Positions 18,728 through 28,459 of a stretch of 53,369 bases of DNA are shown here, piece by piece. Source of the DNA: Methylococcaceae bacterium (GTDB taxonomy: Bacteria > Pseudomonadota > Gammaproteobacteria > Methylococcales > Methylococcaceae); the NCBI GenBank assembly GCA_035293245.1, contig DATDOO010000223.1:1-53369 (forward strand). Reading direction: 5' to 3'. Each line of letters starts with the position of its first letter. Position 1 is the first letter of the stretch. A program made the position numbers and the translations under genes. The notes under the pieces were generated by a model. The model had not been told where the DNA came from and did not search any database. It was given only the letters and a program-made list of their open reading frames with translations.

Positions 18728-19851
18728 AAATATTCCAGGTTATTCAGGGCGTCGATAATCTGTCGGCCGGACCTACTTATTCCGTGGGGTATCTCTCGCA
18801 CCATTTGGCTGAGAGGAAACACGAGACAAAAGTCTTGGCTCTTGGTACGCAGCCCGCCGTCTGGCCATACGCGTCTTCCCTGGACATATTCTCCGGCACG
18901 GCGTCGCGCTTGGGTTTCCCCCCCTGGAAGGCCGTTCGTTATGTCCGGCAGGAAATGGTCAGGGAACCTGCGATCCTGCACGGGCACGGGGTATGGCGTG
19001 CGGCCAACCTGTTTCCCCTCCTGGTGCCGGCAAAAGCCCCGGTCAAGATCGTGTGGAGCCCAAGGGGCATGTTCACCCCCTGGAGTTGGCGCCACCACGC
19101 CCTGGTCAAGAAGCCTTTCTGGTATGCATTGCAGAAACCGGCCCTGGGAAGGGTGGACTGCTTCCACGCGACGGCGGATTCCGAACTGGAAGACGTGCGC
19201 AGGCGTGGCTTCCGGCAGCCCGTCGCGGTCATCCCCAACGGGGTGGAAATCCCTGATCTGGCCGGAACCGGCAAGGTGGGCCAGCGGCTGGTTTTCCTCA
19301 GCCGCATTCACGAAAAGAAAGGGGTGCACCTTTTGATCCGGGCGTGGCGGACCCTTGCGGACCGGTATCCCGGGTGGGAGCTGGTCATCGCCGGATCAGT
19401 CGATTCCGCGTACGGCCAGGACATGGTGCGCCTGGCACAGGAGATCGGCGCGCCCCGACTGCGTTTTGCGGGCGAGGTGCTGGGCAGGGAGAAGACGGAA
19501 CTGCTGGCGGGCGCGCGGCTTTTCGTGTTGCCCACCTTCTCGGAGAACTTCGGCATCGCCATTGCCGAGGCACTGGCCCACGGCACCCCGGCAATCACCA
19601 CCGTGGAAACGCCGTGGACCGGCCTGGAAGCCCGTGGTTGCGGCTGGTGCATCCAAGCCGATTTGCCCGCATTGGAACGCACTCTTGCGCTGGCCATGAA
19701 CCGTTCGTCGGAAGAGTTGGAAGCCATGGGGATTTCCGGGCGTCGCTGGGTGGCGGAAGACTACGGATGGCAGAGGGTCGCCGGGATGATGGAGTCGGTT
19801 TACCGCTGGTTGCTTGGACAGGGCAGCAGGCCGTCTTGTGTTTTCGATTAA
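18724..19851 (+). CDS. Family 4 glycosyltransferase
   Basis: LVFLSRIHEKKGVHLLI...FVLPTFSENFGIAIAEALAHGTPAITT is a GT4 signature. Confidence 0.85.
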   Translation: MKIFQVIQGVDNLSAGPTYSVGYLSHHLAERKHETKVLALGTQPAVWPYASSLDIFSGTASRLGFPPWKAVRYVRQEMVREPAILHGHGVWRAANLFPLLVPAKAPVKIVWSPRGMFTPWSWRHHALVKKPFWYALQKPALGRVDCFHATADSELEDVRRRGFRQPVAVIPNGVEIPDLAGTGKVGQRLVFLSRIHEKKGVHLLIRAWRTLADRYPGWELVIAGSVDSAYGQDMVRLAQEIGAPRLRFAGEVLGREKTELLAGARLFVLPTFSENFGIAIAEALAHGTPAITTVETPWTGLEARGCGWCIQADLPALERTLALAMNRSSEELEAMGISGRRWVAEDYGWQRVAGMMESVYRWLLGQGSRPSCVFD

Positions 19852-19866
19852 GGCGGGGAGCGCGTT

Positions 19867-22494
19867 TTGAAACAAATCGGAATCGGATTTCGCGCAGCCG
19901 GCCTGGCGATGGCGGTCCTGTTTGGTGCGCCTGCAGAGTCCGCTGGGGCCGCGGTGCTCTTCAGCCAGCCGGCGTACCAGAGTCCGGTCAGGGCCGATCC
20001 GGACGACCTTCTTTTACTGCCGGGCTACGGATTTTCGGAACGCGACGTGGTGGTCTACCAGGCCATTGCCGACACGAGCCGCGACCTGGTTCCTCCCGCG
20101 GAGGTGCCGAAGCGGTCGACGCCGGCGCTTGGCACGGCGGAGGTGGTCAGCCGCGCCAATATTCCCGACTCGCTGACCGTCAGGCTGCCGGAATTCCTGG
20201 AAAAAGGCCGGTCCTACGCCCTCTGGGTGGTGGACGGTAAAAATCGGTGGAGCAACGGCATCCGCATCAACGATGCGCGGCCTTTGTGGATCACCCCCTC
20301 CCGCGTTTACCGGACGGCGGCGCTGGGTTCCCTGCCGCGCCATCTGAAAGTGGTGGGGCGCAACCTTCGGGCTGCACCCGGCCAGATCACGCAAGTGAGG
20401 CTGTCCAGTCTTGCCGGGGACGACCCGGAAATAACGCTGCAAGCCTTCGATGACGGGAACGCGGATACCGCCGTGGAACAGTATGTGGCGAAGGTGGATT
20501 TGCCGGATTCGCTGGAAGCCGGGGAGTACGCTGTTCAGGTCAGCCGGGACGGGCAAAGCTGGATCGCGCTAGACGCCCAGAAACTGACCGTGCTCCCGGA
20601 CCCGTCACCCGGCAAGGTTTTTCCCGTGCGCGATTTCGGCTGCCTGCCGGACGATGCACAGGACGATACGCCCTGCATCCGGGATGCAATCCGGGCGGCG
20701 GCTCGGGACGGGGGAACGGTGGCGTTCGGACCGGGTGCATGGAGTCTGGCCGATGCCAGCAGCGCGGCGACCGCCGGCATCCTGGTGGTACCCGGCGTTT
20801 CCCTGCGCGGAGCGGGCGCGGAAGCTACCACCCTGATTCGCTCGGCAGGGTGGGGCGGGGAAAAGTCCACGGCACCCCGCCCCAGCTTTGTGTTGCTCGG
20901 TCAAAACCGGGTGGAAGGTCTGACCTTCAAGGACGAGCGTGTATACGGTTCCAAGGATTGGGGAAGCTCCGTGCTGCAGTTGGGCAGAATCTGGTACGCG
21001 GCACCAGCGAACGAACCGCGTGTCGTCCGCGACGTGACCATCTCCCGCAACGTGTTCGACAAACCCTTCCGCGCCATCGTGAGCGGCGGCCTGCCCGTGG
21101 AGCGCCTGGTCGTGTCCCACAACGTATTCGGAGCCTTCAACACGGCCCTGGATATCGATGGCGACGCCAACAACGTCGACGGCAAATTTCACCTGGACGA
21201 TTCCATCGTCGCCTTCAACACCTTCAAGCCGGGGAGTTACATGGACGTGGCCATACGCCAGGGGACCATCGCCAGCCAGATCGGCGCATCCCGCCGCCTG
21301 GATTTCAGCAACAACGTCGCCGATGGCGCCTCCAGCGAATATTTGTACAGGCCGCAACTGGGTGCTAAAGGCTGGCGGGCGGCGTTTTTCTGGCACTTGC
21401 GCAACAACCAGGAAATGCTGCTGGTTTCGGAAAACCAGGCAAGCTGCACGGGCGACAAGACAGGCGACGGCGAGGCGTTCGCCTTCGATAACAACCACAA
21501 CAGCTTCGGCTTCGACAGGGCGCAAACCGTGCTCTCGGCGACGCCGGACAGCGTCACGGTTAAGGGACCCCTCCAAATCAGGCAGGAAGGGAAAGCGGTT
21601 TCGCCGGGGTATTACGACGAACACTGGGTACAGGTTGCCGAAGGACCGGGTGTCGGCCAGGTGCGGCGCGTAGCGTCCTACACGGCTGAGGGCGGCAGGG
21701 TAAGGATCGCCGTCGCACCACCTTGGGACGTGATCCCGGAAGCTACCAGCCGCCTGGCTTTGGGGCGCGAATTCTGGCAGTTCTACGTGGTGGACAACGA
21801 GGTGGATCACCGCAAGCCGCCGTGCCTGAAGAGCAACCGGCAGGATAAGCCCACTACGCCCTATGGCGGGGGGCTGATCGGGCTGTGGGCTCAGGCCGCG
21901 GACTCCGCCATCGAAGGCAACCGGCAATACGACACCACCGGAATTACCCTGCACCCCGCCTATAGCGCGGTCGATCCGAAATGTCCGGCATGTACGTCCT
22001 GGACCTTTCTGCAGTATTTCCTGGAAATACGCGGCAACACCATCGAGCAGGAATACGACTGGGATTCGGACTGCAGTTGGTCGGGAATCATGACTTCCTA
22101 CGGGGCCTCGCCTTCGCCCGGTTCGCCTCCGCCGGCGATTTCGTACGGTGTCGCCATCGCCCGTAACGCCGTCGTAAAGGCCGACGGCTATGCTGGCGGA
22201 GCGATCTCGTTTGCGCCGACCTGGTGGGATGGGCCGGCACCGAACCGATGGCCGCTCCTGAACGGCACCGTGGTTTATCACAACACCATCGATGGCATGA
22301 CGGGAACTGCGCCTTCGAAGGCCTGTGCGTCGGTGCAAACCGGCCGCACCGGTATTCATGTCCACGCACCCACAACGGCCAATACCGTGTTTTTTGAAAA
22401 CGTCTGCGCCCACGGCGCTGCCAAGGGTGTGTGGGACAAAGGCGCCGGCACCGCTTTGCTGATGCCCTCGGAACGCGATTGCAGGGCCAATTGA
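19867..22494 (+). CDS. Secreted right-handed beta-helix protein (pectate-lyase-3 / tailspike-like), putative EPS glycanase or modifying enzyme
   Basis: Signal peptide MKQIGIGFRAAGLAMAVLFGAPAESAGA. Two Ig/IPT-like segments follow. VRDFGCLPDDAQDDTPCIRDAIRAAARDGGTVAFGPGAW matches the Pectate_lyase_3 N-terminal signature, and a long repetitive beta-helix-like region follows. There is no PEP-CTERM tail. Confidence 0.6.
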   Translation: MKQIGIGFRAAGLAMAVLFGAPAESAGAAVLFSQPAYQSPVRADPDDLLLLPGYGFSERDVVVYQAIADTSRDLVPPAEVPKRSTPALGTAEVVSRANIPDSLTVRLPEFLEKGRSYALWVVDGKNRWSNGIRINDARPLWITPSRVYRTAALGSLPRHLKVVGRNLRAAPGQITQVRLSSLAGDDPEITLQAFDDGNADTAVEQYVAKVDLPDSLEAGEYAVQVSRDGQSWIALDAQKLTVLPDPSPGKVFPVRDFGCLPDDAQDDTPCIRDAIRAAARDGGTVAFGPGAWSLADASSAATAGILVVPGVSLRGAGAEATTLIRSAGWGGEKSTAPRPSFVLLGQNRVEGLTFKDERVYGSKDWGSSVLQLGRIWYAAPANEPRVVRDVTISRNVFDKPFRAIVSGGLPVERLVVSHNVFGAFNTALDIDGDANNVDGKFHLDDSIVAFNTFKPGSYMDVAIRQGTIASQIGASRRLDFSNNVADGASSEYLYRPQLGAKGWRAAFFWHLRNNQEMLLVSENQASCTGDKTGDGEAFAFDNNHNSFGFDRAQTVLSATPDSVTVKGPLQIRQEGKAVSPGYYDEHWVQVAEGPGVGQVRRVASYTAEGGRVRIAVAPPWDVIPEATSRLALGREFWQFYVVDNEVDHRKPPCLKSNRQDKPTTPYGGGLIGLWAQAADSAIEGNRQYDTTGITLHPAYSAVDPKCPACTSWTFLQYFLEIRGNTIEQEYDWDSDCSWSGIMTSYGASPSPGSPPPAISYGVAIARNAVVKADGYAGGAISFAPTWWDGPAPNRWPLLNGTVVYHNTIDGMTGTAPSKACASVQTGRTGIHVHAPTTANTVFFENVCAHGAAKGVWDKGAGTALLMPSERDCRAN

Positions 22495-22511
22495 GCAAAT
22501 TCGAACAAGTT

Positions 22512-24032
22512 ATGGCGGCTCCCTATACAACCTATCCCCTCGGCGCCAACGCGAGATGGCAGCGTCCCGCTCGGAAATCGGCCGCCAAATCTCCGCGCGC
22601 GGCCATGTTTCTCATCGGCAATCTGCTGTTTGTGATTGTCCTGGCGGTTATCGACGTCGCATCGGGCAGGAACGGGCATGATCCCTTTCTCTACCTGATG
22701 GTCCTGTTTGCCATTTGCACCCTGCCGCTCCTGTTCGTGAGGGAAACCCACGGACGTTTCAGCCTGCTGGTCGTGTCATGCCCGATCCTGTTCGTTTTTT
22801 ATGGGGTGAACGACGTACTGACCTACTTCATGGATATCGAGAGCTACTGGCGCGCACCGGACGACGGCCTGTTCACCGGCGGAGAAGTTGCGGTGCTCCT
22901 GGGCCTGTCGCTGTGGATGGCGGGCTACGTGCTCGCGGCGAATGCCTCGCACAAGACACAGGCCAGATATCTGGTGCGCGACTGGAAAACACGCAGCCTG
23001 GTGTGGGTGGGACTGGTCTGCATTGCGCTGGGCATATGGGCTACGTGGGGATTCCAGTTGTCTTCGCCGGAGAGCCGGAACAGCCAAATGGGCCGAACCG
23101 TGATGCCCCTGATCGTGCTGGGACGCATGCTGGAGCCGGTGGGGGTCGTGTTGCTGTCCTATGCCTATCTGAAGACCCAGAGCCGGACGCTGCTGATGCT
23201 GGTCCTTGGCGTGGCGGCCATGAAGCTGCCCTTGGGGATCATCCTGAATTCGAAGGAAATCGGTATTTCCTTCCTGGCCATTTTTATGGTGACCAAATGG
23301 CTGTACGACGGAGCGGTTCCCAGGCGCTGGCTGGCCATCGCTGCCATGGTGGTCGTGTTTTATTTCCCGCTGGCCTATGCCTACAGGGCAACCATCGGCG
23401 CGCGCCATCTGGACGTTGCCCATTCCATGCACAATTTACCGAGCCTCATGGACAAGGCGCTCAGCCTGAATGAGAAATCTGCCGGCGTTAGTTCCGGGAT
23501 GCGTTCCTTCGCGGCGCGTGTGGATCTCAAGAGCCTTATGGAGCTGATCGTGGCGCGCACGGGTAAAGGCGTGCCGTTCCAGGAAGGACATACCTTCGCC
23601 GAGCTTCCCTACGTGTTCATTCCGCGCTTCATTGCAGACAAGCCGTCCGTTTCAGCCGGGCAATTGTTCAACCGTGAGTTTCACATATCCGCCGATCCGA
23701 ATACGTACATATCCACATCCTTCCTGGGCGAGCTGTACTGGAACTTTTCATGGTTCGGCATGGCGTCGGGGATGTTCGCCGTAGGTTTGACGTGGGGCCT
23801 GATTGGTGGAAAGGCGAACATGGCGCAAAGAAAATCGGTCACCCGACTGTTGATTCTGGTAAGCGCCATTTACCTTTTTGCAATCCGGTTCGAGACGGGG
23901 ATAGCGCAGCAATACATCGTGTTTATTCGTTCGGTTGCGATGATTTTTCTGCTGCACCTGGTATTTCGAACGCGCTCGGGAGAACAGCCAAGTATTCGCT
24001 CCTCGGTTTCGCGTGTGCGGGCATTTATATAA
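22512..24032 (+). CDS. Wzy-like polysaccharide polymerase candidate (polytopic membrane protein)
   Basis: About 506 aa, at least 10 hydrophobic helices, no soluble enzymatic motif. The call rests on its position among the GT genes and its G+C being lower than the flanks. The functional call is by context only. Confidence 0.5.
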   Translation: MAAPYTTYPLGANARWQRPARKSAAKSPRAAMFLIGNLLFVIVLAVIDVASGRNGHDPFLYLMVLFAICTLPLLFVRETHGRFSLLVVSCPILFVFYGVNDVLTYFMDIESYWRAPDDGLFTGGEVAVLLGLSLWMAGYVLAANASHKTQARYLVRDWKTRSLVWVGLVCIALGIWATWGFQLSSPESRNSQMGRTVMPLIVLGRMLEPVGVVLLSYAYLKTQSRTLLMLVLGVAAMKLPLGIILNSKEIGISFLAIFMVTKWLYDGAVPRRWLAIAAMVVVFYFPLAYAYRATIGARHLDVAHSMHNLPSLMDKALSLNEKSAGVSSGMRSFAARVDLKSLMELIVARTGKGVPFQEGHTFAELPYVFIPRFIADKPSVSAGQLFNREFHISADPNTYISTSFLGELYWNFSWFGMASGMFAVGLTWGLIGGKANMAQRKSVTRLLILVSAIYLFAIRFETGIAQQYIVFIRSVAMIFLLHLVFRTRSGEQPSIRSSVSRVRAFI

Positions 24033-24137
24033 TATTATCTTTCTAAGTGCCGAAAGGGAACCGGATATGTGGTATCGGTGTGTCGGATGAGTAGCAAAAA
24101 TGTTCGTGGTCGCAACCTAAAATATAAAGCCGGTTGT

Positions 24138-25346
24138 ATGGAAAAGAGCAGATTAGCCATTATTGTTTCTCACCCCATTCAACATTTTGTGCATTTGTAT
24201 CGTGCGTTGGCGGCAGTGCCTTCAATCGAGTTGAGAGTGTTTTTCTGCAGTAACCGTGGGGTGAAAAAATACTTTGATCGGAACATGGGTGTGGAAATTC
24301 GCTGGGAATCCGATTTGCTGGGGGGGTATGAGTCGGAATTCCTTCCGGAGGCAAATGACATTTCCGACGTTGGGTTTTGGTTCATTAATAACCCCAGCAT
24401 TACCGAAAAGCTTGATTCTTTCCGTCCGGACGTGGTTCAGATTCACGGCTACGCCCAGATGACGTTGCTCAGGGCTTGGCTATGGTGCTTCCTGCATGGA
24501 GTTCCTGTCCTGCTATGGTCGGACAGTTCGCTTTTGTTTCGCCGCGGGGCTGCCAAGCACGCAATTAAAAAAATCGTGCTTGGTCTTTTCCTGAAGCGGG
24601 TTGGCGCGGTTCTTTCGACCGGCGACAACAACGCTAATTACTACAGGTACTTCGGGGTTCCGGAGGACAAGATATTCAGGTGTCCTTTTACGGTGGACGA
24701 GGAAGGCCTGGATAGGGCACGCATGGCGCGCGCAGATATCACGAAAACGATGCGCGCACAGTTGGGGATACCGCATTCGGCGTTTGTTTTTCTGTTTGTA
24801 GGCAAACTGATGCCGCTGAAGAGGCCGCGCGACATATTGGAGGCGTTGCTTCTCATGCGCGAGCAAAGACGTTTGGGTGTTGATACCCGCGTTGTATTTG
24901 CTGGCGACGGTGTGTTGCGGGGCGAATTGGAGAGCTTTGCGTCGGAGCATCAACTGCCGACGGTGTTCGCGGGATTCGTCAATCTGGAAAGACTTCCCAA
25001 AGTTTATGCAATGGCAGATGCATTGGTGTTTCCATCGGATCGGGAGGCCTACGGTTTGTCGGCGCGGGAGGCGATATGCGTCGGCCTGCCGCTCATCGTC
25101 AGCGACCAGATCGGCTGCGTCGGCAAGACCGACGCCGCCAGGCCGAACGAGAATGCCCTGGTCTATCCCGCGGGGAACGTTGCCGCCCTGGCCGACGCAA
25201 TGGCGCAAGTGCGTGACAACCCATCCCTGGCCGCAAGTTTTTCGGATGCATCGATCCGTATTGCCGGCGAAATGCACGTTGAAGCGAGCGTCAGGGGTTT
25301 TCTGGCCGCCGTCTCCGCGGTGACCGGGCGAGGGCGCCCCCGATGA
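24138..25346 (+). CDS. Family 4 glycosyltransferase (low-GC cassette)
   Basis: FVGKLMPLKRPRDIL...VFPSDREAYGLSAREAICVGLPLIVSDQIG is a GT4 signature. ATG 24138 is preferred. Confidence 0.8.
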   Translation: MEKSRLAIIVSHPIQHFVHLYRALAAVPSIELRVFFCSNRGVKKYFDRNMGVEIRWESDLLGGYESEFLPEANDISDVGFWFINNPSITEKLDSFRPDVVQIHGYAQMTLLRAWLWCFLHGVPVLLWSDSSLLFRRGAAKHAIKKIVLGLFLKRVGAVLSTGDNNANYYRYFGVPEDKIFRCPFTVDEEGLDRARMARADITKTMRAQLGIPHSAFVFLFVGKLMPLKRPRDILEALLLMREQRRLGVDTRVVFAGDGVLRGELESFASEHQLPTVFAGFVNLERLPKVYAMADALVFPSDREAYGLSAREAICVGLPLIVSDQIGCVGKTDAARPNENALVYPAGNVAALADAMAQVRDNPSLAASFSDASIRIAGEMHVEASVRGFLAAVSAVTGRGRPR

Positions 25347-26380
25347 GCGGCAGGAAAATTGTTTTCGGCTCCGAGATGGTTTCCGGATCCACGGAACACG
25401 GCATTGCGGACGGCTTTCGAAAGCTTGGGTGGGATGTGCACCTATGCAATCCGCACCGCTTCCTGCTCCAGGGACAATCCGCTTTTGGGAAAGCGTGTGC
25501 CGCTATGCAACTCCCGGTGGCTGTCCGCAGGTATAACCGGGAGTTGGCCGCATTGGCCGCGCGCCTCAAGCCGGAAGTAATGTTCACTGTCAAAGGCAAC
25601 TACATTTCTCGGGAAACCCTGGATGCTGTCCGCAAGCAGGGCGTGTGTACGGTCAATTATTACCCGGATTTCCGGTTTGGCTATAAGTCCGTAAATCGGG
25701 AGTCGTTTAAAGGCTATTCGCTATTCGTGACCACAAAATCGTTTCAGGTTCCCTGCCTCGCGGAGGAATTGGGCCAGGACAGGGTCAGGTTTCTTCATCA
25801 CGGCTACGTAAGCGCTGTTCATTACCCACCCTCCAGCCCGCATCGTGATGAAAATATTGACATTCTTTATGTGGGCAACCATAGCCAGGAAAAGGAACGC
25901 TGGCTGACTCAGGTTAGCGACCGGTTTCCAGATCTTTTGATGAGGATATACGGAAATCGCTGGAAGGAATGTGTAAAACAGGGTTCCTTGATGCAGCGAA
26001 TCGCCGGGTATGCGATTACCGGCGCGGATTATGCCGGCGCCGTGTTTAATGCAAAGATAAATCTGGCCGTACATATGGGGTGCGCGGATGTGACAAATTG
26101 GGAGGATTTGGTGTCGACCCGGACGTTTGAAATTCCTGCCTGCAAGGGGTTCATGTTGCATATTGACAACCCCGAGGTTAGGGAGCTGTTTTCCGTCGGC
26201 TCCGAGATCGACGTGTTTCGCGACCTGGACGAACTATGCGACAGGATCGAGTTTTATCTCCCGAAAGTCGATCTCCGTCGGGAGATGGCAGAAAAGGCGT
26301 ACCGCCGCTGTGTACCCGCTTACAGCTACGATGAGCGTGCCCGTGCACTTGCGGAGTGGATAACGGAACATCGTCCCTAA
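25343..26380 (+). CDS. CgeB-like / GT1-related glycosyltransferase-family protein
   Basis: The C-terminal half (FEIPACKGFMLHIDNPEVRELF...DELCDRIEFYL...REMAEKAYRRC) resembles CgeB-type glycosyltransferase-like proteins. The assignment is tentative. Confidence 0.45.
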   Translation: MSGRKIVFGSEMVSGSTEHGIADGFRKLGWDVHLCNPHRFLLQGQSAFGKACAAMQLPVAVRRYNRELAALAARLKPEVMFTVKGNYISRETLDAVRKQGVCTVNYYPDFRFGYKSVNRESFKGYSLFVTTKSFQVPCLAEELGQDRVRFLHHGYVSAVHYPPSSPHRDENIDILYVGNHSQEKERWLTQVSDRFPDLLMRIYGNRWKECVKQGSLMQRIAGYAITGADYAGAVFNAKINLAVHMGCADVTNWEDLVSTRTFEIPACKGFMLHIDNPEVRELFSVGSEIDVFRDLDELCDRIEFYLPKVDLRREMAEKAYRRCVPAYSYDERARALAEWITEHRP

Positions 26381-26410
26381 CGAATCGGCGAGATATTCCA
26401 GGGTTAGCCA

Positions 26411-26986
26411 ATGGCCAGAACGATGAATGAAACGGTTGACTTGAGTAATTGTCCCAGTCCTCACTCATTTAGAAATAGGTTATTAAGGGTGATATGGGGT
26501 TGGGTGTGGTTGTTGCTGTACCGGCCCAGTCCGAGGCCATTACATGGCTGGCGGCGGTCGCTATTAAGACTTTTTGGTGCACGCATCGGCAGAAGTGTTC
26601 ACGTCTATCCCTCTGCAAAAGTTTGGGCGCCCTGGAATTTAGAAATGGAAGAGCACAGTTGTTTGGCGGATAACGTTGATTGCTATTGCGTGGCGCCCAT
26701 TGCAATAGGTGCGCACGCCACCGTTAGCCAATACAGTTATTTGTGCAGTGCCAGCCATGATTATACCTTGCCCGACCTGCCATTGACTTCCGCACCGATT
26801 GTGATCGGTAATGGGGCGTGGGTTGCAGCCGACGTATTTGTGGGGCCAGGGGTAACGATTGGAGAGGGGGCGGTAGTGGGAGCTCGGTCGTCAGTGTTTA
26901 GAAATGTCGAACCATGGACGGTAGTGGCTGGCAACCCCGCTCGGAAAATTCGAGACCGTATTCTTAGCACTGGGGCTACGATATGA
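26411..26986 (+). CDS. Hexapeptide-repeat O-acetyltransferase, WcaF-like
   Basis: The N-terminus is WcaF-like (RNRLLRVIWGWVWLLLYRPSPRPLHGWRRSLLRLFGARIG). Left-handed beta-helix repeats (IGNGAWVAADVFVGPGVTIGEGAVVGARSSV). Confidence 0.8.
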   Translation: MARTMNETVDLSNCPSPHSFRNRLLRVIWGWVWLLLYRPSPRPLHGWRRSLLRLFGARIGRSVHVYPSAKVWAPWNLEMEEHSCLADNVDCYCVAPIAIGAHATVSQYSYLCSASHDYTLPDLPLTSAPIVIGNGAWVAADVFVGPGVTIGEGAVVGARSSVFRNVEPWTVVAGNPARKIRDRILSTGATI

Positions 26987-27609
26987 CAGAGGTTTTTACT
27001 GCATACAAATACGCGAATGCTCAATTGAATGCATCGCACAGTTATTTGTTACCGGTGTTGAAAAATATACTGCATTCACGTGATTCCACAGGGCGTTTGT
27101 TTGAGCTTGGCTGCGGTAACGGGTCCATCGCTAGCCAGATTAACCAAATGGGGTTTGATGTTACCGGAGTGGACCCGTCGGATGAGGGGATCGCACACGC
27201 ACGTATGCAGTACCCCCATCTAAAATTATTTCAGGGTTCGGCTTACGACGATCTGGCCGAGACCTTCGGGCGGTTTCCGGTCGTGGTAAGCCTGGAGGTG
27301 GTGGAGCACGTTTATTTCCCGCGCAAATACGCACGGACGATCGGCAATCTGCTTGAACCGGGCGGATTCGCAATCATATCGACACCTTATCATGGCTATT
27401 GGAAAAATCTCGCGTTAGCGATCACCGGAAAGATGGACGCCCATTTCACGGCTCTTTGGGACGGCGGCCATATCAAGTTCTGGTCAGTCAAAACGTTAAC
27501 CGAATTGCTAAGTGAGGCCGGCCTGGAGGTCGTTCGCGTAGAAAGGGTTGGGCGAATTCCGCCCTTGGCGAAGTCCATGATTGTTCTTGCCAAGAAAGCC
27601 GTTTCATGA
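26983..27609 (+). CDS. Class I SAM-dependent methyltransferase
   Basis: Motif I is LFELGCGNGSIASQ, with acidic post-I VTGVDPS, and SLEVVEHV. Confidence 0.8.
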   Translation: MTEVFTAYKYANAQLNASHSYLLPVLKNILHSRDSTGRLFELGCGNGSIASQINQMGFDVTGVDPSDEGIAHARMQYPHLKLFQGSAYDDLAETFGRFPVVVSLEVVEHVYFPRKYARTIGNLLEPGGFAIISTPYHGYWKNLALAITGKMDAHFTALWDGGHIKFWSVKTLTELLSEAGLEVVRVERVGRIPPLAKSMIVLAKKAVS

Positions 27610-28442
27610 GCATTTCGGTTCTTATTTTGACGTATAACGAGGAAATAAACCTCCCCGCATGCCTCGCCTCCGTGGTCTGGTGCGACGATGTGGTGGTATT
27701 CGACTCCTGCAGTTCGGACCGAACCGTCGAAATTGCCAGGTCTGCCGGAGCGCGGGTATTTCAACGGTGCTTTGATGATTACGGCTCGCAAAGGGACGCC
27801 GCTCGGACATCAGTGGACTACAAGTATCCGTGGGTGCTGGCCCTGGATGCGGACGAACGGGTGGACGATGAATTGCGGGAGGAAATCCTCAAGCTGGCGG
27901 CGTCTTCGGCAGAAAGTCATGCTGCCTATCTCCTGCGGCGCAAGGATCATTTTATGGGACGCTGGATCCGGTATTCGACTTTATATCCGTCCTGGTTTAT
28001 CCGTTTCTATCGGCATGAGGCAATCCGTTATGAGCCACGCTCAGTCCACGAGTATCCGGTAGTCACGGGTTCCATCGGAGAACTCAAGGAGCACCTGCTT
28101 CATTACAGCTTCAACAAGGGGTTTTCCGACTGGTTTTTCAAGCACGTCCGTTATGCACAATTGGAGGCGGCGGAGAATTTGCGGCATCTGTCCGCTGGCG
28201 CCATCGATTGGCGGGGGCTGGTTCATCGTGATCCGGTGCGTCGGCGAAAGGCACTTAAAGGCTTGTCCTTTCGGCTTCCGTTTCGCCCGCTGCTGAGATT
28301 TCTTTATATGTATTTTGTCCGCCATGGAATTCTGGACGGTTATCCGGGGTTTACCTATTGCTGTCTGCTGGCGATTTATGAATATCTGATCGTGCTCAAT
28401 ATTCATGAGCAGCGATTGCGGGCCAGCGGTGGCGGTTTCTGA
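27606..28442 (+). CDS. Family 2 glycosyltransferase
   Basis: SVLILTYNEEINLPACLASV...VVVFDSCSSDRT...ALDADE carries the GT2 DxD-type motifs. Confidence 0.85.
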   Translation: MSISVLILTYNEEINLPACLASVVWCDDVVVFDSCSSDRTVEIARSAGARVFQRCFDDYGSQRDAARTSVDYKYPWVLALDADERVDDELREEILKLAASSAESHAAYLLRRKDHFMGRWIRYSTLYPSWFIRFYRHEAIRYEPRSVHEYPVVTGSIGELKEHLLHYSFNKGFSDWFFKHVRYAQLEAAENLRHLSAGAIDWRGLVHRDPVRRRKALKGLSFRLPFRPLLRFLYMYFVRHGILDGYPGFTYCCLLAIYEYLIVLNIHEQRLRASGGGF

Positions 28443-28459
28443 CTGGTCATTGGCGTGTC

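Noticed and set aside
24033-28459. Mobile element boundaries (IS, integrase, att-like direct repeats) around the low-GC cassette.
   Set aside because: No transposase- or integrase-like ORF and no obvious terminal inverted or direct repeats were found at either junction. The cassette is reported only as a compositional mosaic.
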